DNA from: Eledone cirrhosa
Taxonomy: Eukaryota
Length of the DNA stretch: 64,000 nt
NCBI GenBank assembly: GCA_964016885.1
Contig: OZ024740.1
Location: 40,858,001 to 40,922,000 of the forward strand
Reading direction: 5' to 3'
Notes under the pieces: model-generated
What the model saw: the letters and a program-made list of their open reading frames with translations, nothing else
What the model was told of the DNA's origin: nothing
Databases searched by the model: none
Shown: positions 1 through 13,254 of the stretch, one piece after another
How positions within the stretch are numbered: the first letter of the stretch is position 1
Layout: each line of letters starts with the position of its first letter
Translations under genes and position numbers: made by a program

Positions 1-208
1 CAATCCACTGGCCAGTGTCATCAATAATAATGGCAATGGGGTTGAATGCATTTAATCTTAAGAGTCAAGGATTGATATGTCATATATACCAGGATTCAAA
101 ATATTTAAACAATCATTTAAACTGGGAAATATGTGTTTTGAGAAACCCAAAAGTTTATATTGATTACTAACACGTGGAAGTAATTAAAAATAAAAATATT
201 ACTTAAAT

Positions 209-378
209 AATTGAAATAGAGATAAAAGGCTTCACCATAGCTTTTTGATAAAATAAAATAGTCTAACAGCGAGGTTTATAAACCCATCTTTTTCCATTCA
301 GTAGGTTTATTCACTCTGTTATTAGACTATTTTATTTAGTCAAATGTTATGGTGAAGCCTTCTATTTCTATTTCAATT
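209..378. repeat. Imperfect ~80-bp-arm inverted repeat (MITE/foldback-like hairpin)
   Basis: AATTGAAATAGAGATAAAAGGCTTCACCATAG...AAATAAAATAGTCTAA at 209-270 is mirrored by TTAGACTATTTTATTT...TATGGTGAAGCCTTCTATTTCTATTTCAATT ending at 378. Confidence 0.7.
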
Positions 379-459
379 TTCAAACTTTGCTTGCCACTTT
401 CTATACTATCTTTGATATTTTAATAATTTATTTCAAGGATATAATTACAAAAATGTCAG

Positions 460-491
<32 letters not shown>

Positions 492-503
492 TATATATAT
501 ATA

Positions 504-1051
504 TGTATAACAAAGTGCAGGGCAATAAAGATAGACGGTAGCCACGGAATAGGCAGACCTAGAAAAACCTGGGACGAGCTGATAAACTCCGACCTCACAC
601 ACTTACACCTCTCCAAGACAATGTCACTGGACCGAGACCTTTGGCGGTACTCAGTAACAGAGAAGACCCGCCTTGCCAGTAGGCATCTCTAACAAAATAC
701 ACCCCGTCCCACCACCACCACCCCCACCCCATCCACACCACCCCGTCCTATGTAAAGTTATGTTGGTGCCGCGCCATCCGGGCCGAAACAAATGAGATCG
801 TGTAGGTGTCACGACAAAAAAACACACAGTCCACGCTGTAATGTGGCCGTGTAGGCAACACGGTAAAAACCTCCCAGACCCACACTGTAAATGTGGTTGG
901 TGTTAGGAAGGGCATCCAACCGTAGAAAACCTGCCAGACAGTCCTATGCGAGCAAGACAATCACTCTTGCCTCAAGTGGGACTACCCCCGTCCAAACCCA
1001 TGCAAGCGTGGAACACGGACGTTAAACGTTGATGATGATGATGATGATGAT
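504..1051 (+). mobile_element. RTE-clade LINE 3' fragment with (GAT)n tail, inserted in a (TA)n tract
   Basis: Encodes the ORF C-terminus (CITKCRAIKIDGSHGIGRPRKTWDELINSDL) and the same 3' UTR as the longer copies; ends in GATGATGAT. Confidence 0.9.
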
Positions 1052-2558
1052 ATATATATATATATAGGATTAAATGTAAGAGTAACTTTAGAGAAATAAC
1101 TATTTACAAAGAAAAAATATAAGGACATTGTGATTGGAAAGTGAACTTCTTATTTTAGCAACATGATTGAGATAGAAAATGCATTGTGTGTGTGTGTAAA
1201 TTTTAAAGAGTTACAAACTGATATATATATGGCATATTATTATGGTTGGTATGGTAATGAAAGGTTTAATACAATATAGATTAGATATAATATTGGCGGC
1301 TCTATAAGAAACTGCAAATATTTACTAAACATCATCATCATTTAACAGCCATGTTCTTTGCAATCAAGGGTTGGACTATATGTATAGAATGTAAAATATA
1401 ATTACATAAACCTACAGTGTAATACATTAGATTTCATGTACAGATTTATCATAATCATTGCCAGTTTTATAATTATTTTTATTTGTCCAATCACATATTT
1501 AGATATGTACAAAAACGTATTTTAGAGTATAAGAGAAAATCGAAAATAAAGTTGTTGATTGTTCTCTTGTCTTACATAATGGTAATAATGTCATTATTGT
1601 AGCAGTAATATTACCATTATTAATCGTAATTATTAATGGCAATATTACCACAGCTGCTATATATATTTATAAGAAAACACAATCTTTATAATAATAATTT
1701 CTAACATAAGCACAAGTCTAGCAATTTGAAGGGAGGGGTATAGTTGAGTTCACCAACCCCAGGGCAGAGGTATAATTGAGTTCACTGACCTCCAGTACTA
1801 GAGAGGGAGGTAGGGGTATAGTTAAGATCACTGACCCCCCAGTACTAGAGGGGAGGGGAATAGGTCAATGGTATTGTTGAGTTCATTGACCCCAGGGCAG
1901 GGGTATAGTTGAGTTCACTGACCCCCAGTACTTGGAAGTTACTTATTTAATTCTGGAAGGATGAAAGGCCAAGTTAACTTTGCTAGGATTTGAACTTAGA
2001 ATACCAATAGCCTAAACAAATACCATCTTTCTAATGATTCTACAATTCCACTGCCTTCAATAATAATTATAATAATTTCTTTTGTATTATAAAATGCACC
2101 CAGTAAACTCTGAAACGTGGTTGGCATTGGGAAAAGCTTTCAGCAGTAGAACCCATGCCAAAAAGAATTGAGAGGACGCTTCAGTTATGGCATGACAACC
2201 TCTCTAGTGCTGGTGTACAAAGGTTCAAGGCTACAGATTATGTTAGGAGCAGAGAAGTATAATTTACTAGTAGCTCACTTGAAAGGATGAAAAACAAGAT
2301 TGGTCTTGGTGTGATTTCAAATCAGAATATAAAGGGAAGTAATTATATATGTATTCGTATGATTTTCTAATATAGGCAGAAGGCCAGAAAGTTTTGGGGG
2401 AAAGAAGGGGAAAAGTTGATTAAATTTACCCCAGTACTTTACTGGTACTTTATTTTACTGACTTCAGTTTGAAAGCATCTTAACCTTCCTGCTATCACAT
2501 TTATTTTTCATTCAGTAACATCTAAAACAACATTTAATAACCTTTTAAATTTACTCAC

Positions 2559-2765
2559 TTGCCATGATGACGATATATCAGGCACTCCTGATCGAGGCCC
2601 AGTTTCCAGCAGATATAGAGTGCCAGCACCATCTGCTATTACAGCCCAGTCTGGAGCAGGAAAGTTTAGTGTGACATTGTGACGACCAGGTATGAAATGG
2701 AGATTGTTTCGGTTTGGTATTTGGAAAGTTGGATGTATATTAATAAATTTTGGAATCCCAGTATC
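2559..2765 (-). CDS. NUDCD1: NudC domain-containing protein 1, coding exon 3
   Basis: 207 nt, AG/GT bounded, phase 0-0; DTGIPKFINIHPTFQIP...NFPAPDWAVIADGAGTLYLLETGPRSG...WQ resembles NUDCD1 'FSSSTWVTLSDGTGRLYVIGTGERG'. The gene continues left of the window. Confidence 0.85.
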
Positions 2766-3052
2766 CTAAAAGAGAAGAAATAAATGAACAGATGTAACAG
2801 ATGTAACAGATATTGAAAGTTTAACTCAGGTAACTGTTTATGCGTTTAACCCTTTTTGAAGTATTTAGAGGGATTTAGTAATATAACTGTCACATTATTA
2901 AGCTGGTGTTTAGAACATAACTTAGCAAAGTTTTTCATAAAATTACAAAGGAAGGTTTTTAAAGCAGTTTAGTATTGCAAAACAATGGCAGTTTGGTATC
3001 AAATGGATTAAATAAAGACTGCATTCTAGAAAAAATATCTAAAAATACTTAC

Positions 3053-3219
3053 AGTAGTTAGTTCTATGCAACAAATATTCCATAGCTTATCAACAAAATA
3101 AAGGATGTAGCGGTCATTATGCATTGCCCATTGATCAAGGATTAGATGATTATGGCAGCCTAAAGCTTTCAGGTGTTGATATGAAAACTGCTTATCAGTG
3201 AGAGTGGCGACATCAATTT
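3053..3219 (-). CDS. NUDCD1: NudC domain-containing protein 1, coding exon 2
   Basis: 167 nt, CAG acceptor and GTAAGT donor, phase 1-0; (E)IDVATLTDKQFSYQHLKALGCHNHLILDQW...YFVDKLWNI resembles NUDCD1 '[30 protein letters not shown]...YYIDTLGRI'. Confidence 0.85.
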
Positions 3220-3769
3220 CTGTAAAAAGGTTGAAGAACATTCACTTTTTTCTCAGAAAAATTCATGAAAAAAATATCTTATATATAATTTCATTAAACT
3301 TTCAGTTTTGCCCTACCCACCACTATTTTTAAAGAAACATCTTTTTAGATCTGACAGAATTCGACAGGTAAATACTTGATTTTGGGGTCCCTAAAGATGA
3401 AGAAGTTACGGAAACCACACACTACTTCAAAAACCAAGTTTCTGATGGAGAGGTCATAATTATTATGGGGACCATGGGTTCATAATCTTCTTATTCTTTG
3501 CCCACTTATTCCTGGGAGTGTCATGGGGGCAGAGTCCTCAATCATGCCATCCAGCTGGTCCTGTCAGAAACAACTGTCTCCAATTGATCTGGCTGGATCC
3601 TCAAGTGAGACTAGCCAAACTCATAGATGTTATCCAACCACTGGATCTCCTGCCAGTTGGTTTTGTCCATACAATCTGTCCAGTGATTCTTTCCTGAGAC
3701 ATTCTAACCACATGTCCATAATATCGGAACTGTGATCTATCAATTGGAGAAGTAGCAGCTGTACCAGGA

Positions 3770-5316
3770 ATCATCATCATCATCATCGTTTAACGTCCAT
3801 ATTCCACGCTTGCATGGGTTTAGACGGGAGTTTTCCCACTTGAGGCAAGAGTGGTTGTCTTGCTCGCATAGGACTGTCTGGCGGGTTTTCTACGGCTGGA
3901 TGCTCTTCCTAACACCAACCACATTTACAGTGTGGGTCTGGGAGGTTTTTACCATGTTACCTACACGGCCACATTACAGCGTGGACTGTGTGTTTTTTTG
4001 TCGTGACACCTACACGACCTCATTTGTTTCGGGCTGGATGTCGTGACACCAACATAACTTTACATTGAAAGGGGTGGGGGTAGTGGGACGGGGTTGTATT
4101 TTGTTAGAGGTGCCTACTGACTGTAGTAGGTTTTACTTTGTATTTAGGTAAGACGGGTCTTCTCTATTACTGTGTAACGCCAAAGATCTCGGTCCAGTGA
4201 CATTGTCTTGGAGAGGTGTAAGTGTGTGAGGTCGGAATTTATCAAGTCGTCCCAGGTTTTTCTGGGTCTGCCTACTCCGTGGTTACCGTCTATTTTTATT
4301 GCCCTGCACTTTTTTATACAGCTGTCATCTTTCATGCACATCACGTGACCATACCAACGTAGCCTTCTCTCGAGTAAACAACATCTGATCCCTCTTATTT
4401 CTAATTTTTCCCTTAGTTCGTTTATGCTTTGCCGTTCACGTATATTACTATTACACATCCAGTGGAGCATGCAAGCTTCGTTCCTCTCTAGTCTGCATAT
4501 ATCCTCAGCACACAATGCCCAGGTCTCACTGCCATGCAACATTGCTGTTCGTATGCAGGCATCATACAGCCTGCCTTTCATTTTTAGGGAGAACCCTTTA
4601 GTGGCTAATAGTGGTATAAGCTCTCTGAACTTTTTCCATCCAGTTCTGACTCTAGCTACTGTACTTTCAGAGCACCCTCCCCCACTGCTGATTTTGTCAC
4701 CCAGGTAACGGAAGCTGTCCACTATTTCTATAGAACCATCTGTGCAATTGAAAGAGCTAGTATTCTGTGGGCACTTGCTGCTACTTATTGCACCAGAGCA
4801 CCGGCTACATATAAAATCTATGTTCTTAGTTAGCTTACCTGTGATCCCACTACATCTTTTATGCACCCATACTTTACATTTGGGACATAAAATGGAGTTT
4901 CTACCTACTCCTTTCCTACACACTGAGCATGGCCATTTCCCGGATGGGACCGGCGCCCTATTTTCCTTCCTACAAACTAGAACTTTAGTCTTAGACAGGT
5001 TAATTTTAAGGCCTTTTGATTCTAGGCCATGCTTCCATGTTTGGAATTTCTTCTCTAGTTCGGCCATTGATTCAGCTATGAGCGTTAGATCATCTGCGTA
5101 TAGGAGTTCCCATGGGCAGCCGGTCTTGAACTCCACTGTTATAGCCTGAAGGGCAATAATAAATAGTAGGGGGCTAAGAATGGAGCCCTGATGAACACCA
5201 ACTTTTACGCTAAACTCTTCACTATATTCGTTGTTAATTCTAACCTTGCTGACTGTTTCTTTATACATGGCTTGTATAGCTCTCACAAGCCATTCATTAA
5301 CACCTAGTTTTCTAAT
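3770..5316 (-). mobile_element. 5'-truncated RTE-clade LINE (RT C-terminal half with PHD finger; ORF 4144-5286)
   Basis: GVHQGSILSPLLF, LLYADD, FRYLG and RRLRWYGHV...GRPRKTW motifs; 3' UTR and (GAT)n tail read as (CAT)n at 3770-3787. Confidence 0.95.
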
Positions 5317-7048
5317 GACTCTCTGAGCTACGCACTCTCTCGAGTAACTACTCCGAAGACCTTTCAGAAGAACCCATATTTGCCACTTGTATTCACAATC
5401 CTATTCTTTCAGGTTCATAATCTATGGAAAGAATTTAATCTGACAATTTATATTAATGATTGAAAATGTTTTGTGTTATAAAGTAGAACATTATATATAT
5501 TGAAAGTTTAGAAGTTGATAATAGATTCTGAAAGTTAACATAGGTTAGAGAGAGGTGGTGTGTATGAAGGGTGTCAGATGAAAGGACTGTGTATGAGATG
5601 AATCTGATGTAGTTTGGTAAGAGCCTTGTGGTGTAAATGGTATGGATGTGTGGCAAGAGGAGGAAGGGGCTGTAAATAGTATGGGTGTGTAGTGAATAAG
5701 AAAGGGTGGGACTCATTTCTTTCCTCCTTCATCCCTTTCAACTATACCACACCACATCACTGTTTCACCTTAGAATTTACATCCATCACTGAACATCCAC
5801 ACCTCTCTACCTTCTGCTCCTGTCATACATCCATGATAGTCTCTTCCCCTTTTCTCTCCCATATCACCACTTGAACTCCCTCCCCCGACAGCGAACCTGT
5901 CATTCCTGATATTCCTATCATCCTTCTTACCTCTCACATCCTATTCCCACCCTACACCCCCAGTCTGTGATGTAGGGTGGGAATAGGATGTGAGTGTGAC
6001 CGACTACCTCCGTAGTACTGTTGTTACTATCAAATACACCCAGGATCCTCTGAAAAGTGTTGGTGTTAGGAAGGGCTTCCAGTCATAGAAAACCTGCCAA
6101 AGAAAGTGTCGGGAAGTATGTAAACGAGATGTAGGCACCCTAAGAAGTAAGTAGCTCCGCTTGAGACGTGACTCAGTCTGTGACACTTCATCCAACCTTT
6201 GCTAGCAGGGAAAACGAACGTTAAACGACGACCACGATGATGATACTTTTCAAATATTTATAATTATCATATTCTTATATTTTAATATTCCAAGGTAGTA
6301 AAATGCACCTTATAATATTGACTTCAGATTTATGTAATATTAAATCATACGAAATAAATTCCTTATTAGAACCCCCCCCCCCCCCCCCCAAAAAAAAACG
6401 GCTTAAAATTTAACTGTTTGATAAAGATTAAAGAAAACACGAAAGAAAATTATTGCAATTAGTTAAAAAAACTGTTCATTTTCATTTTATTTCCATCGGA
6501 ATAGTTAATAGTGGTATTTAATGTAACTTATAGAAACTGGTAGAAGTCAGCTTGTTTACTGCACATCTACCTACAACGAAGTTTCTTTTACGTTCAATTA
6601 AAAAAGCTATAAAAATGATCTTTAAAAAAATCACAATAAGAATCAAGGCACACATCGTCTCCCATTTTAAAACAAAACTCTTTAATTGAATTAAATAACA
6701 TATATAATCCCAATTATACGTGAAATATGAAGTACAGTAATTCAACACGTAGCACTTTTCTATCTTACTGTTTCCCATAATTAACACATTAAAATGTTAA
6801 TGTGCAAGTGCGCTTACCTACATTATTGTACATACACACACGTGTATGTGTGTTTGGATATACAAACTAGAGAAAAACACCCAATACATGTAAACAATAT
6901 TTTCTGTAATCGTTCAAAGGGTCATATTTAACAAGAGTGAACCATCGTCTTCGAGCCAAAATCTAAACATTTAGAAGACTACACCAGAAGAACAATTACG
7001 GATTGGTGTTCAAATATCTTTGAAAGAAATCTAAAAAAAAATGTTCAC

Positions 7049-7166
7049 CTGTTTCCAAGTTAATTTTATAAGTTGGTAAAGGATCCAGAGATAGTTTGTA
7101 GCCATCAAAATTAGGATTTAGTAAATCAAATTGTACTTTTAGTTCTTCGTTGGAGGGAACTGCCAT
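7049..7166 (-). CDS. NUDCD1: NudC domain-containing protein 1, coding exon 1 (ATG at 7166)
   Basis: 118 nt ending at a GTGAAC donor (phase 1); MAVPSNEELKVQFDLLNPNFDGYKLSLDPLPTYKINLET matches the NUDCD1 N-terminal motif 'LLDPRFEGYKLSLEPLPCY'. Confidence 0.9.
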
Positions 7167-7416
7167 TTCGATAATAAAATAAGTTGAGACGGCAAATTAA
7201 TTGCGGTGTTTATTTGATATAGTCCCTTAACAAAATCTGGTCTTATTTCAGCCAAATTATATTACAGTTGTCTCCCTTTTATTCCATTCATTTAACAAAT
7301 TATTTCTCCACAATATTAAAAAATTTTCAAGACAAGTTATAAAATTTTGTTTTATAATTTGTTTCGCAAAATTCTTGATGTGATTCCGCGTGTTGAGACA
7401 GATATTGTTGTATTTT

Positions 7417-7417
7417 G

Positions 7418-7486
<69 letters not shown>
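7417..7486. repeat. (GA)n microsatellite
   Basis: Direct reading. Confidence 0.95.
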
Positions 7487-7489
<3 letters not shown>

Positions 7490-8236
7490 GATTCCAATAC
7501 TGGACTGGTACTTCTTTTATCGATCTCCAAAGAATGAAAGGCAAAATTGACCTCGGCAGGATTTGATCCGTTGGAAATTGCAGGAGAAAACTTGGAGGAA
7601 GGTATATAAGTGGGACAACGTAGTGATAAGTCAGGACACAGAGTGTGAAGTGGACTCAATGTGAGTGATAAAAGAAGGAGAAACAAGTAAATCGGGAGTG
7701 TTTGATGAGAGTTGGTTTAATAGTAGCTAATTTCAGGTAATAGTATAGAGGTTAGTGTAACAAAGGTAGAAAATGTATAGAAACAATACTACATGTCTGA
7801 GGAACAGAGGTTAGAATGAGAGACTTTATGTGCATCAGTTGAGGGACTTTTCTTTGGATACGATCTCAGATGACTGTAGTACCATCCAAGATGTGGGAAC
7901 AGTACTAAAATTTGCGGATTTCATCTGAGAATTGTAGAAACTCAGTGGTTATTTTCTAGTTATGAAAAGGAAGGCACGTTTTTGTTATTTAGTTTTGACC
8001 ATCTTGAAGATGTAAGTTTTCCAGGACAGATCCTTGCATTTGTACTGAGATTGAGTGCTCTAGTTCATGTTTAAAAGTGTGGTATCATTTACATTGAAGT
8101 AAGAGCAAGTAGGTATTTAATCTACATTTGGGAAGAATTACCAAGAATCGGTGTACAACAAAATTGATATACTGTGAATTAGAGGATAACTTCCCATGCA
8201 TCCTAATGCCCATTTTTTTCCATTATGGGAGTTTCA

Positions 8237-8507
8237 TCTATCTATATACTACTAAAACTCTGTGATTGTGCACTTGTCTGTAATTTAATACAACCAAAAC
8301 GGCGCATAATGGAAAAATGCTTTGAAAGGAAGCTGCCCCTGAAATGGGAATACAAATGGAATAAAATAAGTTTCACATAAATCGGAGCCGGGGTTCCCTA
8401 AATATAGGGTTTTTCCGGGTACCTTCATAAATAGAGAGAGAGAAAGATAGAGAGAAAGAGATAGTGATTGTAAGAGGTTAGATTGGAAGAGAGAGAGAGA
8501 AAGACAT

Positions 8508-8538
<31 letters not shown>

Positions 8539-8953
8539 AGGAAGATGGAAGAGAGAGCTGCTGGTGTTGTTGAATGAAATTATATAACAGGTGACTTCAA
8601 AGAAGCGAATACAGCATTACTGTATCTACGTATGTAGCGAATATTTCCTACTAAATAGGAAGGGTTTCTAAGTGTGTGTGTATGTGTCTGTGTGAATGTA
8701 TATATATATATGTGTGTCTGTGACCAGTGTATATAGGTCACAGACACCCACATATATATACACACAAACACACATACTGGAAGGCCCATATATGTATACA
8801 CACACACACACATATATGGGCCTTCCAGTTTCATTTTACATTATGTACATATCTGCGTATATTTTAATTATTTAAAAAATTATTTTTAAGTGAACATGAT
8901 TTAAAAAAAATATTTTTAAGTGAACGTGACCCAACGGGTCACGGGTGGTCGAG
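8237..8953 (+). mobile_element. Non-autonomous Helitron
   Basis: Starts A|TCTATCTATATACTACTAAAA; subterminal hairpin CGTGACCC-AAC-GGGTCACG (8925-8943); ends CGAG|T (CTAG with one substitution); internal (GA)n and (TG)n tracts. Confidence 0.65.
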
Positions 8954-9720
8954 TATATTCTAATATTATACTATTTACTGCAGCCAATATACAGTGAAAG
9001 CTTCTAATATTTTCAAAATTTTAATTTTCCTGAAGTTCTCACTGTCAAAGGACAACTGGTGAATAACATGAAAGAATATGTTTGGTGATATCCCTACTGT
9101 CATTGTCTTAATAACAGATGGTGTCTTCATTTTCAAAGTTACAGCTTGTTAGTTATTATATAACTATTGTATGGAAATACATAGGATTTGACAAAGAAAT
9201 ATTGAAATAATTAACCTTTGTAGCAGATTCAAGTTGTATATTTTTAGTTACTACATGAAATTGTTGACAGAGATAATGAGGGCCATTAAAATATAATGCA
9301 ACTCATTTTTTTTTACAAAAATTCTAATTCATGACAAAGTGCATCCAATCCACCCTGATGTACCTCGATGAAAAACCACCCTGTACATGGTCATGCTGGT
9401 ACCACAATGCAAAAACACCAAGTCCATCCTGTAGGTAGTCATGTTGGAAAGAATTATTGTATTAAAGTATTGAAGTTATCATTTCAATAATTGATGACTC
9501 TACCTGGCCTGAGTCTTAGGTTCAGTTGACTCTAGCTAACAGTACTGGGTATTTCAAGTCAGTACTGAAGCAGGTCTACTGACCTTCCAGACATCTCACC
9601 TATACAGGGTCCCACACTTTACTGAGTACATTTTATCATAGCACCAGCACTAGGAGGATTATCATGTCCTTGACACAACTGAAGGATCCCCCCAACCTCA
9701 ACCCATTTCTGTGGCTGGAT

Positions 9721-11840
9721 AGCGTGTGCAGCTTCAGTGCCACATAAGCAGAAAAAAAACCACCCCAAAAGTGCAATTTGGGAAACTTCAGCGGTCTGAC
9801 TTGCCAGGAAAGAACGTCGGAATGCTGAACGGGAATATAAATTGCATAAATCAGATGCCAACAGAAAAAAGTGGAATAAATCTTCCACCCTTCTCAAGCA
9901 AGTGACAAAAAAGGCAGTGCTTGAGTTTGAACAGTGCATAGCAACCAATCCTGACAGTAAGGTGTTCTGGAAATATGTACATTCAAAGCAGAGACCTCGC
10001 TCTCCAGTTGGTCCTCTTCACAATCCTCACACAAGCCAGATCACTGACGATCCCAAAGAATGTGCAGAACTCATTGATGAGTGTTATGCAAGCATTTTTA
10101 CTGTTGAAAACCAGAATGTACCATCTCCACCATCTCTAACATCAAATTCCATAACAACTATGGAATTTACACCTACAATGCTGCGACGTCACCTTAAGAA
10201 TAAGCGCAACTATGCCTCCCCTGGTCTTGATGGTGTTACATACCTGCTTCTCAAACGTGGCGGGTACTTCCTTTTGCACCAGCTTTCTTTCTTCTTTCAA
10301 TACAGTCTCAACAATGGTGCTACTCCGGAGCAGTTAAAAACTGCCAGTGTCATTCCCCTGTTCAAAAGGGGCGACCGCACGTCACCTGTCGTCCAGTCAG
10401 TCTTACTAGCTGTATTGCCAAACTGATGGAATCCTATGTCAGAGAAACACTTTGGAACTTCTGGAGCTCTCACAGCCTCATCCGGCCCTTGCAGTTTGGA
10501 TTTATCCCTAACTCCAGCTGCTGTGATCAGCTTATCGAGTTCCTTGAAGACATTACCTGGATCACTGACAGCGGCTCATGGGTGGATGTTGTTTACCTTG
10601 ACTTCGCTAAGGCTTTTAATTCTGTGCCACACAAAAGACTTATGGCGAAACTCTCTTCAATGGGTATGAAGGATGATCTTTTTAACTGGTTGAAATCCTT
10701 CATTCTCAGCTGAAAAGAGGTAGTCACAGTTCTAGGACAGCATTCTTCACCATATGAGATGTCATCTGGTGTACCACAGGGATCTGTTCTTGGTCCCCTT
10801 TTGTTTGTTGCATACATTAATGACATAGATGCCAACTTACAGAATGCCACGGTACTGAAATATGCAGATGACATCAAGCTGTACCTTGAAATCAAAAGGA
10901 CTGATCCTGAAATCTATAACTCTTTCCTACAATCAGACCTGGACACAATGCAGCAATGGACCACAGACTGGCAACTGAAGCTGGCTGTGGACAAGTGTAC
11001 CACCATGCATTTTGGGAGGAAAAATCCAGCATCCACATATTCCCTCCACAACACTGATATCAAGAAATCCTCTTGTGAACGTTACCTGGGCATTACTGTT
11101 AGCAGCGATTTGTGTTGGACAAAGCACATCTCTAAAATTGTCAAGAAGGCCGAGGGTGTCTTGGCATCACTCAGCAAGACCTTTGTTAGCCGCTCTCCAG
11201 CCATCTATTTAAAGCTGTATACAGCTATGGTATGACCACACTTGGAATTCGCATCATCAGTCTGGAACCCCTATCTTGCTCAGAACATTGACCTCCTGGA
11301 AACTGTTCAGAGACTGCAACCATGCGCATACACTCCATCAGACATCTACCATACTCTGAATGCCTTGCTTCCCTGGGCATGGATTCATTGAAGCTCCGAC
11401 GTCTGGCAATAGACTTGGTAAACACCTACAAAGTTATTAACCATCTCACCAATAACAACCCTGAGCACCTTTTTGATCTCCATGTGTCTAACACACGTGG
11501 GCATGCCTACAAAGTTAGAAAACAGCACAGCTCCCATGACTTTCGGAAACATTTTTTCACGCTCAGAGTTGCTGAAGCATGGAACAAACTACCTGCATCA
11601 GTTGTTAGCTGCCAAGACACTGCATCCTTTTAAACCCCCATGCTTCCCGAAATTCGCCAAAACTACAACTGATGTCCCCCTTCCATACACATGCACACAT
11701 GTGTATATCATGACTCATGCACTGTTCATTTTCCTGACATTTGTACATTACCCTATGTACTATACATACACTTTTGATGAGTTGTAGTGCACCTGAGCAC
11801 TATACACAATATTTTCATTATTATTATTTATTTATTATAA
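9721..11840 (+). mobile_element. 5'-truncated CR1/L2-group LINE, RT disrupted by stops and frameshifts
   Basis: ORF pieces 9842-10426 (SPGLDG, ASVIPLFKRGDR), 10426-10713 (QFGF, VYLDFAKAFNSVPH), 10759-11235 (SGVPQGSVLGPLLF, KYADD) and 11322-11633 (TRGH...FFTLRVAEAWNKLP); (TTA)n-type tail. Confidence 0.92.
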
Positions 11841-13254
11841 GGACCTGAGTCCTAGGCTTTGTTGACTCCAGCTAACAGTACTGGGTATTTCAAGATATGA
11901 GGACTTTGCCTGACATGAGTTCTAGGTTTAATTGACTCCAGCTAACAGTACCTGATATAGGTCTCAGTCCAACCATATAGATCCCCATCTATACGTAAAT
12001 AACCTCACTGTCTTAAGAGATAAAGGCTAAGGAGTTAACCTGGTGTCTCTAAAGCAGTTTTATGTTTGATGTGACACTATTCTGGTATTTCCTTCAACTG
12101 AAGGTCCAAATATAGTCTTTGGGCCCCCACTAGAGAGCCTACACGTAGGATTTTGGTATTTAGGCAACCCCAAATCTTCACATATCTAACAGCAAGTTTG
12201 CATCCTAGAAAGGTCTCTGGGTTGTGATGCATACTCTATTTTCTCTTAAGGCAGCTGGATGCCAAAGATTTGTTAAGCATCATATACAAAAATAGCATCA
12301 TCATCAGCATTTAACATCCACTTTCCCTACTAGCAGGAGTTGGATGGGTCTTCACAGAACAAGTCAGTACTGAAGCAGGTCTACTGACCTTCCAGACATC
12401 TCACCTATACAGGGTCCCACACTTTACCGAGTACATTTTATCATAGCACCAGCACTAGGAGGATTGTCATGTCCTTGACACAACTGAAGGATCCCCCCCA
12501 ACCCATTTCTGTGGCTGGATACTCTTCCTATCACCAACCACTTTACAGAGGTGCACTGTGTGTATTTATCATGTAGATCACCAGCATTAGAAAAGCTGTT
12601 GCACTGTTGAAACAACTGAAGGATCCTCTCAACCATTTTGGCATAGTTTTTACAGCATAGTGCTCTTCCTACCACCAGCCACCTTACAGTGGGTAAAGAA
12701 CACTCATGTTAAATATATTAGCTGGTTACATACCAGGCTCATATTGAAGTTTTTCTCATGTTAAATATATTTCTGTTGGTAACATACAAGACCATCATAT
12801 TAAAGCTTTTCTCCATCATCAGCTTTGAGCATTATTTAAAAAATGTAACTACACCATTTCTAATTATTATTTTCCTACTCAAGTAGAAACATTTTTTATG
12901 GACAAATATTTAAAAGAAATATTTAAAGATTCTGTTTATACTGTCATGTTACTGGTACCACCCCTTGTCACATTACTGGTACCATCCCCTGTAATTTTAC
13001 TTTGTAGATTCTTCCTTTAAGCACAAAATCCAAGTGAATATACTCCAGTGTGTTGTTACTTATTTCATCAATTGAGGAAAAAAAAAAATGGAGATTTTGA
13101 TAAAATAGTGATTAAATTAGGGAAGTGAAATAAATGTACAATGTTTTATTATTGTCAACAAAATGATAAACCAGCCGATATATTGATCACAGTATGATAA
13201 ACCAGCTGATTTATTGATGATAATAAGATAGATAATAAGACCTTATGTAGTTTT

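Noticed and set aside
4424-5149. Plus-strand ORFs antisense to the RTE RT (also at 17694-18419 and 44281-45006)
   Set aside because: Shadow ORFs of the LINE coding strand.
7590-8200. Possible old LINE remnant upstream of NUDCD1 (also 5320-5960)
   Set aside because: No motif could be read with confidence; left unannotated.
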